64,000 nt of DNA from Entomortierella parvispora E1425 (lineage: Eukaryota; Fungi; Mortierellomycota). Within the stretch, counting starts at the first letter, position 1. The number at the start of each line of letters is the position of its first letter. The notes below the pieces were generated by a model. That model ran no database searches. It saw only the letters and a program-made list of their open reading frames with translations, and had not been told where the DNA came from. Of this stretch, positions 33,846 through 43,769 are shown piece after piece. Where the stretch lies: positions 1,798,001-1,862,000 of the forward strand of contig BQFW01000007.1 in NCBI GenBank assembly GCA_020891255.1, given 5' to 3'. A program made the translations under genes and the position numbers.

Positions 33846-36800
33846 GGGTGTACTTATTTGCCCAGGATAATCTACAGTCACTATTTTGAATATATTGAAT
33901 CATTTCACAGCGTTGAGTGAATGCATCCTTTGTTGCACCCCGTTTGGTTTATCTGAGTGAAGGGGGGCCCCTTGTCAATATCCAGCTGGGAGCAACCCTC
34001 ATACACGATACCGGTGGTGATGGCGCAGCGTATGTCTGCTGTGTTTTCTATCTGGCCAACATGCCCTCAAAGAAAACAATAGCTGGTTGTGGAAACGGGC
34101 CAGCGGGGTGTGGTCCACTTTTACTGATGACTACGCGGATATCAACATCCATCATCATCCATCATCGTACCCCACCTTGGTTATTATTTTGCCTCTTTTT
34201 TGCCCTTTCTCATTCCCACTCTCTCTTCGACGTGCACTCTTGACACACCCTTCCAACGCATCCCCATCCCCATCCGCAACTATCCACGCTCCTTCTCCCA
34301 AGACTCTCTCCTCACGTATCTCCCTACCTACCTGCTATTCATCAAAGATATTGTCTTGACGTCGTGCAAAGGTAGGCTTTACTCGCGCTGTTTGCCTGCT
34401 TCAATCCGGAGTGAGCGAGCAATACACTCACACGGTTTCTGTAACAGCACCTCTCTGCCATCTCTCTGCCTCCCCTCGGCCCTTTGAAAAAGTCTACTAC
34501 AAGCTACCACCCTCGTTTGCTGCCAACACCAGGTACTGTGAAGCAAGTGCGAATGAGTAGCCCCTTGACGTTGTTCATATCAAGGGTGCAAGAATCTGAT
34601 CAGAAAGGCTTTTTTTTTTTTTTTTTTACCACAGCGTCGCTCTTCTAAAATGGGTGGCCCTGGCCTTTTGGCGGTCGCTGGTACAGCAAAGGAGCTCCCC
34701 AAAGTCGATCTGCCAGACTGCAAGATCCTCGTCGATGTCGGTTCGTTTTACCCATTTCTCGTTCGCTCGGTCTACAACAGCAAGATGGGCAAGCCAGAAG
34801 AATTCGCCGCCATTTGGATCCTGAACAAGTTCAATGCTCCCAATGTCGAGTTCTTTATCGATGGCCATGGCAACAAAGAGAAGCATGCAACAAGCATGGC
34901 GCGACGTGACAACCAGGCCGATCTAGACAGTGCGGAATCCATTGTTAAAGAGATGGAGGATAGAGCTGCCGTCGGAAAGAGTACCAACAAGACCGACTAC
35001 AGGACCTGCACAAAGCTATTAAGGTCTTGCACATCCCTCACCTACGACTTTAAGGACAAGCTTAGCAAGCAGATGGCATCACAATTGGCGGATCGTTTCA
35101 TGAATGACTATCAGCTTGGACGGACACTAGAACAATCTCCGCGCCATGTGCAGGCGAGACGACGCATCAGAGATGAGGTTAACGTTGGTTTAGAAACTCT
35201 GAACTATCACCAGCTGAAGCAGCATTTCGATACCGCCGCCCAGAAGTACGTCAAGCTGGTCGACGGTGAGGCCGACCTCGCAATTGTTCGTCGAGCCAAG
35301 GAGCTGGTTATCGCAAAGACAAAGTTTGTTGTAGTCGGCAACGACTGTGACTATGCCATCCATCCGTCGATTCCGATCCTTCTGCGGCCTTCTGGCAAGA
35401 AGTATATCCAGTACAATGTTGATGAGCTCTTGGCAAAGTCGGAGCGGACACGGGCTCAGTTCACAGTTCTGGGCTGTGTGTCCAAAACGGACTATAACGC
35501 GAACCTTGCTGGGTTTGGCATTGTCACCAATTCGCGTATCATCAAGTCTTGCTCAAAAGGTAAGTAGCCAAGGCCATTTTTTGTTCTACCAAATATCAAG
35601 CTAGAGTTCACATCAAGCAAAATAACTAATCACGCTCCGTGCAACCTTCTGTTAGACATCATTGTGGACGGCGTTCCTGTGAAGGACGCTGCGCTCAAGA
35701 TCTTGGACAATTACTACGAACACAAGGATGTCAAGGAGGCCATTGAAAAAATCGATCCCTCGGATGTCGAGATGAAGGAAAACCAACGAGCGTCTTCCAA
35801 GAGGATATTCATCGATGGCGTAGAGACTCCACTCAGTGACGACGTAAAGCTCACAAGAGCAAACTTGGAGAATCAGACGCGAGATAAAGTCATCGACCTG
35901 AAGAAGCGCATGCTTGCGGCCGGCAAGATTCGCCGCCAGGTACTCAAAAGCCGAAAGGAAAAGTCGACACAGCAGTAAGTCATCATGTCAGAACAAATAC
36001 AGACAGAGCCACGATTGAAAACCTCATCTTGCTGACACTTCTTTCTACAATGACACCTTTGATCGCAAATAGAACAAGCGTAGAAAAGTACAAGAGAAAG
36101 AGGTACAACCGCTTCAAGACTGTTCAGTGCCCGCGCCTCGATGACCCGTCACACCCAGGCTATTCTCCCAAGCCGGATGACAGTGCGACACCCGATCCAG
36201 CACGTCAAGAGCGTCAAGCACGTCAACATCTCCATCGCCAAAGTGTCAACGCACGCCGATTGACACGTGATGACAACTTGGCCATTCGTGCTGGGCGCTG
36301 CAAGGCCGAGTACAAGAGCAAAGGATTTCACAAGATGCCTTCCAAACAGTTTGCCATCAAAGTTCACTGTGTCGGAGGCGCAGGCACGCAGGTCAATGCG
36401 ACCTTGGGGGATCCGCCAAAGGATCTGGAATTCAAGCCATTCAAGCCATTCGATCCAGACTATGGCAAAAAAAACAAAGACCCCGAGAACCCCGAGGCAA
36501 GGACCAAGCCCGAGACCAAGCCCAAGCAGAGCCAAAAGAAGACGACAAGAAAGTCTGGGCAGACTCCAAAGACTCCAAAGGCACCCAAGCCGGCCACTCC
36601 ACCCAACAACCGCGCCTTGAGAAAATCGTTCTTTCTCAAAAGTCTGACTGGTCGTCACGCATGCAAAACACTGAACATGGGCCAGCTGGGAAGCAATATT
36701 GACAAGGCGATCAGCGCATCATGGTTGGCTGAGCACTCAAACAAAACAAAGTACAACACCTTAAGGAAGTTGACCCAAAACGACGTCAGACTGGCAGTTG

Positions 36801-39800
36801 TCAAGACCATGCGGCGCATTGCACGGGTCGCCAACGAGCTGTTGCGCCATGGGCAGGATGCCGTTGGGTTGTTCATCACCGACACCAAGGATTTGCGGCC
36901 CTTGAAGGAAGCTTTGTTTCTGCCAAAGAAATTGAGGGACGCTGCTGAAGCTGCCAAAGCCGCGGCCAGTATTGCTCGCACTGCTGCCGAAGCTGATCCT
37001 ACCAACACTGATGTCGCCACTGCTTTGGCAGCCGCCGACGCCGCCGCCGCTACTGCGATTGCCAATGCCGACGTCGATAGCATTATCAACAATGCAGGCA
37101 AGAAGAGGCTGGCGAATATCGAAAAGAAAAAGGGCTCGCGTCGTCGCAGGGGCAGCAAGACGAAAAGTGCTGACACTCCCGGGTCCGGTCCAACCGGTAT
37201 GGACGTTGACGCACTTGCTGTTGGTCTTTCCGATATGGATATTGACACGTCCAGCCTTGGCCCCATGGACATGGACATTGACTCGCCTGCTCCCGCTCCT
37301 GTCTCGAGTCCCAAGGAGGACATGGACTCTGATGATGAGGTCAACGTGGATTATGAGGATGATGAACTCGAGGAGAACGACGATGCTCCTGACGAGGACA
37401 ACACTGGGGACGGTGACGACGACGAGGGAGACACTGAGGATGAATCGGGAATGAAGGGGGACAATGGTGGCTTCATGTTGTCTCTGCTCAGGTATTTTCG
37501 ACACCAATTTGAAATTGGTCAGGGAAACACCAACCGCCACCTCATTGAAGATATTCGCTCGTTATACTCCAAAGTTAATACCAACTTTGACGAGTCCACG
37601 CTCCTCGTCTTGACTGGGATTCAGGCTAAAGGGTCGAGAAATGTGTACCTGGAAGGCGGTATTGTGGCTCAACTGGGCATCCGTTTAGCATGTCAGTTGC
37701 GGAGGTATTTTATTGATCAGGCGGCCGGCATTGCGACGAGTCTTCCTCAGTCCCCCATAAGGAACGGCTACATCAGGCTAAGCGAGCTGGACCTTTGGAA
37801 CCATTTCCAGTATGTTTGGGATATATTCAACTTTATCATGGTTATATGGAACGCCGAAAAGACCCTCCAAGGCCTTCCTGCATCCACCCAACAGAACTTC
37901 AAGCTAGAACTCAACGAATTACCTCCCGGTTGGCTCCTCACAAAGCTGGTGACACCCCTCGGCAAGGGAGACAAAGACAAGGTCACCACTGCCACGATCC
38001 AAGAGATGTCTGATCTGAGAGCATACCTGGTAAATGATGCCTCGGACAAGAGTGTTAGCTCGAGCGAGTTCTTGATGGCACAGCGGAGGATACCAGATGC
38101 TACCAACCTGGTGCGCGGACAACCAAAAAACTTTTTGCCGTCGTATCTACACAGAGGATCGATCGTCACCAATGGGTCCCACGCCTACCTCTCAACTGTT
38201 GATCTCCGGATTCGGAAGCAACAACGATTTATCACAGAGATATTCGAGGAGGGGGGAGGGTTCCGCAGGAGACATGTCCTCTCCCCTGATAATCGAAAGT
38301 TGCTACCAAACTTGTCAACAGCCGTCCCTAGCCAGGAATCACTGACGGCAATGTTTCCAGACACAACCAGGGTGGACATTGGCGCGATTGACCTTGGCAA
38401 GGAGTTTATGGTCGGATTTGCCTGCAAGCGCTATGACAGTGACGACTTTATCTATACGATCAGTGCAAAGACAAGGGCAGTGTACCAACCGTCCAATCGA
38501 CGTCGGAGCGAAGTCAACAGATTGAAGAACAACACCATCATTGACATCCCGGTTGGAGAGAGCGCCAAGTTGATCCCACCACGCAAGTTCACTCCAGGAA
38601 TGACCACGACTGGTCAGGCCATAGCAATGTATGAAACAAGGCTAGAGTCGATGGACAACAACCCAAAGGGACGGATCCAGGAAAAGTTGACCCCAGAGTA
38701 CCATTTACTCTCTTCGTTCTACAACAAAGGCCATCGACATCAAAAGAGTGAGGCACAAACGAAGCGTGCGACAACGGCAGAGCTAGACATTCTGACCAAC
38801 CATATCTTAACAGCCATGGGGACACATCTGCGCGTGCAAGAGGATGGTCAGCCCAGACCGAGGGGAGTAATTTCCATCGGGCAGGACGGGAAGCGTGGGT
38901 TCTCGTCAGTGTCAAAGGGCCACGAGATGTCCAAGCACAACACGTTTCTGGACCACTTTGTGCCACGGGTAATTTTTTTTCTTCACCTTTTTTTTTTTTT
39001 TTTTTTTTTTTCGGATCTGTCAAGGTCCAGTCAACAAGAACAAGAGACTAACAGTTGTTCCACGATTCATGTTTACAACCACTGCAACTAGGCCCGAAGA
39101 CTTGGCTACATCATTGTTGGTTTGCCAGAGTATTATACCTCCCGCCGTTGCCCAAAGTGTCAGAGCAGCGGCATCTCCGAGCAGGACTTTGTGGGCTATA
39201 TAGGAATACGCCGTGCCCATTGTGTCCGCTGTGGGACATGGTTCCACCGGGATCTTCTTGCTGCTTCCAACATGGTCGTAGCGACCAGGTACTACCTGGA
39301 CCACCTCTCGCGCCCTGCCTACCTTTTGCCAATCACAAAGGACGAGAAATTTGTCTTTGACCAAAGGTATGGACCCAACCTTCCACCGGGTGTGCCAGCC
39401 AACAAAATCATTCGCCGTGGTGAATCTGGTGATCAGCCAGACATTGCCAGTTCGAGCAGTTCAAGCGCACCACCACCTCCTCCACCACCAGCGTCGCCGC
39501 CAGGTAAGGCAACTCTGCTGCTCGTGCTTTTATAGGTTATAGACCATGTGCTGCTGAATGTCCTCTTGACGTCCTCTTGACCACATTTCACATTGTATTT
39601 TCTCAGGCACTCTGCAGACACCGAAGTTGAGCCGAAAGGACGCCCAAAAGCAGAGGCAAGCACAGACTCTAGCCCAGCTTGGCTCAGGGTCAGCTGCAGG
39701 GTCAAGTTCTACGCAAGTGCAGGCAGAAGGCCCTCCACCAAAGAAGCGACGCACTCGTCCTGCTGCAAAGAGGACGGCACCGCAGACACTGGCACAGATA

Positions 39801-40882
39801 CCGCAAGGATCATGGACAAGTTCAGCTCTGGGTTCGCAAACGCACAGTCAGGCTCAGGCCCAGACACAGGCCCAGGCGTCATGGACACCAGAGCAAAGGT
39901 CGTTTCTTTCACCCACTCAGTCATCACAAAGACAAAGCTATGCTGCCATTGCAGCAGTGGGAGTGGCACAGGCACAGGCACGGCAAGGACCAGCATCGGC
40001 GTCAAGTTCGCAAGCTCGTCCACGGATGCAACCCCAAACACGACAGCAGACACAGAGTCAGCCGCAGAGTCAGCCACAGACCGGGGCACAGAGACCACCC
40101 ATGCGGTTGTGGTCCTACGCAGAGTCAGTGCGAGGAAGGCAAGCCGAAGCAGGATCATCCACAGGAGGTGAGTGAATCGCCCAATTGCTCCACAAACATA
40201 TCCATTCGTTATCTAACACAGGCGCCGACCATTTCTTTGACTGTCCATCGCAACAGGTCCCATTCGCCGTGGCCAGTCCATTCACCCGCAAGCAGGGCAG
40301 CAAACAGGCAAGTCCATGGGAGCGTTCAAAAAGCGAGACCACTTTCTAACATGGATGTATATTCATCCTCTCACGTAGGCTTGGCCTTCTCGGCATCGCC
40401 CTCTACCCCATCGCCGGCCGCTACATCAGCCTCAGCCTCAGTGTCATCTTCTTCTGCACCCAGGCGACAGCAGCAGCAGCAGCAAGGTAAATACAGCAAC
40501 CGCCTCGAGTCATCCAACGCACTTGAGACTCACTATCACCATGGTTGACTACTTTTCGCAATCATCACAATAGATCCAACAGCAGGATCAGCATCTTCAT
40601 CCCTCAGCGATACTAACCAACTCGCGTAATCTACCTTATAGTAGAATGGGGTAAGAAAAAGTTCTTGTTCAAAAGGCAAAGGCAAGCGACATGCTACAAG
40701 CGACATGCTTCAAGTCTTTCTAACACGTTGATCACCTCTCTTTTCGTCTCTACAGGTTTTGCTCCGGGTAGGTCGCTATTTTTTTTTTTTTTTTTTTTTT
40801 GCAAAGGTCGCATGTGAAATTGTGATTTTTGTGAATCGTCGTGAAAACTAATCTAAGCCGCCCTTGACCAATAGCGAAGCCC
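33846..40882 (+). mobile_element. 7,037-bp DNA-transposon-like insertion carrying a PIN-Fanzor gene; 9-bp TSD, imperfect 21-bp TIRs (GGG...CCC), no recognisable transposase
   Basis: Perfect 9-bp flanking direct repeat. Left end GGGTGTACTTATTTGCCCAGG vs right-end reverse complement GGGCTTCGCTATTGGTCAAGG is 13/21 identical. Both ends are shared with the second copy at 49854-50375, and homology stops at these same positions. Confidence 0.85.
34650..40629 (+). CDS. Fusion protein: N-terminal XPG/FEN1-type PIN nuclease + C-terminal Fanzor1/TnpB-like RuvC-zinc finger, at least about 1,700 aa (3'-most exons uncertain)
   Basis: In-frame exons 34650-35559, 35656-35974, 36073-38968, 39092-39503 and 39607-40167. 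PIN motifs: MGGPGL, LVD, IDG..EK..T..RR, DGEAD, NDCD, KTDY..NLAGFG. RuvC motifs: AIDLG (D 38390), ISIG (38879), PEYYTSRRCPKC (E 39128), CVRC, HRDLLAASNM (D 39251). Confidence 0.85.
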
Positions 40883-40902
40883 CCTTGGTCGATTCGCATG
40901 CA
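40568..40902 (+). ncRNA. Candidate Fanzor omegaRNA region: scaffold within 40568-40882, predicted guide from 40883
   Basis: This region is retained in the ORF-less ghost copy (50091-49854) and ends at the right terminus, where Fanzor/TnpB guide RNAs are encoded. RNA ends and fold are not determined. Confidence 0.55.
40883..40891 (+). repeat. Right target-site duplication CCTTGGTCG
   Basis: Identical to 33837-33845. Confidence 0.85.
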
Positions 40903-41025
40903 TGCGATTGTCTGTCTGTCTGTTTGTCTGTCTGTCTTTTCGTCTGCCATCTGTTCATCTGTCCATCCTATCCCATCCCTCAGCCCCCCTGTCCGCCTTG
41001 ATTCAGACTTTCTCTCCTTTCAACC

Positions 41026-41923
41026 ATGAACTTGAGACAGGTACTGCCCCGATGACCCCTCACTGGCCCATTTCCACCGAGTCCTCACGTCCAAGTTTAA
41101 TTCAATTCCAATCGGCCCTCCATTCTCTAACTTGACCGTTGCTCGGCCTCCATCTCTATCCTTCCTAGATCCTCACAAACTCACTCAATGTGCTGATGAT
41201 GCTTTTTGGCGTCTTCATGTCCTACAAAGCATGGGGTCTTTATACAAACTGTGAATCACCTCTAGTTGTCGTTCTCAGGTATGAGAAATATTGACAAGTA
41301 AAAAAAAGAAAAGTCCTCAAAACCGAAGAGACAGCAAACTAATTGATACCTCTAACAAAAATAGTGAGAGTATGGAGCCAGCATTCGCAAGAGGTGACAT
41401 CTTGTTCCTGAGCAACCCTAGAAAGGCCATCGATATCGGAGAGATTTGCGTCTTCAAGATCCCAGGTCGTGAGATCCCTATTGTGCACCGTGTGATTGAT
41501 CGCCACGACACGTACGTTTGTTTGCTCTTTTTTTTTTTTTTTTTTTTTGTTTGAAACTGGGAACAGAATCGAGGGATGTGCGAGAAAAGGGATGTGGGGG
41601 TGACGGGACATGATGAGAGACAGAAGGAAATGCTTGCTGACCTTTTGTTTTTCCACCTTTTGCTATTTTATGTTTTTAGACCAAAGGAGGGCAAGCAGCT
41701 GCTTTTGACAAAGGGCGACAACAACAACGTGGACGACCGTGGTCTTTACCAGGAACTTTACACAAACAGGGGAATGATGTGGATTGAACCCAAGGATATC
41801 GTTGGACGCGTTCAGGGTTTCCTTCCTTACCTCGGCATGTTCACCATCTTCATGACCGACTACCCGCTACTGAAGTATGCTCTTTTGGGAGGCGTCGGTC
41901 TGATCGTCTTCCTTTATGAGTAA
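41026..41923 (+). CDS. SEC11: Signal peptidase complex catalytic subunit Sec11
   Basis: MNLRQ|[17 protein letters not shown]|.[20 protein letters not shown]|..[31 protein letters not shown]. Confidence 0.95.
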
Positions 41924-42137
41924 AGGATTCTTTTTTTCTCTCTCCCCTTACCATCACCGCCACCACCATATTCAACGGATAGAACTGCAAGAGGGCAAGG
42001 ATCAATGATATCCTCCCTCTTGGAAATACCCTTTCTGTCGCCTTGGTGCACTCCAAGCAATAAACTGTGTTTTCAAAAACAGTCTTCCTGCTTTTTATTA
42101 GTCGACATGCATCTGTAGGCGGATGCGGAACAAAACT

Positions 42138-42972
42138 TTAGAACTTCACCGACACGGGATACTCCATGCGCACTGAATTGAAGCACTTCATCTTCTTGTT
42201 TGCCTATGAATGGCCAGAAGAGACGTCAGATCATTCTGCTGACGGTAGGCGTTTCTAAAACGAAAGACAATATGAAAGGAAGAAGATGCCTTACCAAAGC
42301 AGCTCTCTTCAGCTCTTCCACTGTTATAACGCGTTCATGGATCTTTCCCTCCTCAAGAAGCTTGCGCCTCATGGTTCCGCAGAGCAATCCTAATGGACGA
42401 TCAGACAACATGTGGGTCAATAGACGCGTCTGGAAGATAATCGACGATAACAGTCCATCTCAAAATTCCGAAGTTTTCTTGCCTGATGCGGCAGGTGGAG
42501 TCACCCATTCAAGTTTTCCTGTTTCTGGGTTCTCAACTTCAATCGCAATGTTGGCGATGGAGGTCTCCATGATTTCATTGTCTTCGTTATACATGAGTAC
42601 ATCAAACGGCGCGTTAGCTTCCACGGGAGCACCAACTGGGCCAAGACCTAGTAAAAATAAAATCAAGGCATCACAATCTTTGTTAGAGATATCACCCAGC
42701 TTTCAGTTGACAAAGAGGAATGAATGTCCTTGCATTTGCGCTCTTTGTCCGTGTAGGACGTTCCTTGCCTTGACGTGTCCTTGCAGCATTGTAAACTTCG
42801 CGCTGCGTCGTTTTGTGGTATAACCAGATGTTGTCTTTCAACGTAGGCTCACTGTCCAAGACCACAATGATCGGTCCGTCCACTATATTCGAAAGAAAAG
42901 GATGAGGTGTAAATGAACCATGGATCGTGCGATGAAATAAAAGAAAGAAGCCTTGAAAAACTGATGGTGGAC

Positions 42973-43018
<46 letters not shown>

Positions 43019-43620
43019 ACCCGCAAACGACTTTGTCTCCGAGGGTAATTGACTGGACTGGATGGTCACATCGCCCTCAAAGTCTAGCAAAACACGGAGC
43101 TGAAATAAGAGAAGGGGCGAAAAAGAAAAAAGCAAGCGCTTTTAGGATCAAGAATCTCTTTGATGAAAACGCGCACATGTGCCCGATCAACATTGAACAA
43201 AGACAGTGCAAGGACATCAGTGCTTGAAAGAGAAAGGAAAACACAAAAATGGGCGAAAGAGGAATAGGCCCGATATTTTTACGCGCTGTCGTTTGTCCTT
43301 TCCGCCGTTATTGATCGCTCCCTCCAACTTGTGGGAGAGTTCAGAGGGGGTTGGGATCAGCTCTTGTAGAAACTTTTCCTTGTCCAAGGCATAGGATGGA
43401 GCTAGTTCCTTGGCTGAGCTGAGCATCCGATCAAAATGATAATCCTCCAAGAACACGCCGCCGTCTAAAAAAACAAGAGAGGATGCAAGAGCAGGGCAAG
43501 GAAACGCGTGAGAACAGAAATAAAAAACAGTGAGAACGGTACCACCCGAGGAGTCTCTTGCCTCGCTTGTTTACCGTTCGGGTCGTAGAGGATTGTCTCC
43601 AAGAGGTGCACAGTAGTCAT
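42138..43620 (-). CDS. Class IV PLP-dependent enzyme, aminodeoxychorismate lyase (Abz2-like)
   Basis: LLETILYDP, YHFDRM, LYHKTTQREVYNAAR, DVLMYNEDNEIMETSIANIA, WVTPP, GLLCGTMRRKLL and CFNSVR over about 6 exons. Confidence 0.8.
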
Positions 43621-43769
43621 AGCAAATGACAGTGATGGATTACGTGAATGAGAAAAGAGATGAGAATGAAGTAACGGAAATGAAGAGAATGGACAAAGAA
43701 TGCATTGAGTCAACAAGACTTGCTTTATTTCTTGACCCTTTTTTTTATTGGTTTTCTTTGTCTGACAGA

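Noticed and set aside
40818-40860. A shared 45-bp 'promoter motif' upstream of both SEC11 and PRP6
   Set aside because: It is part of the much longer element right end present in both places, not an independent host motif.
42970-43020. Long poly-A/poly-T runs as retroposon tails or Pol III terminators
   Set aside because: Runs of 15-25 nt occur in most introns and intergenic regions of this window and look like a genome-wide compositional trait.
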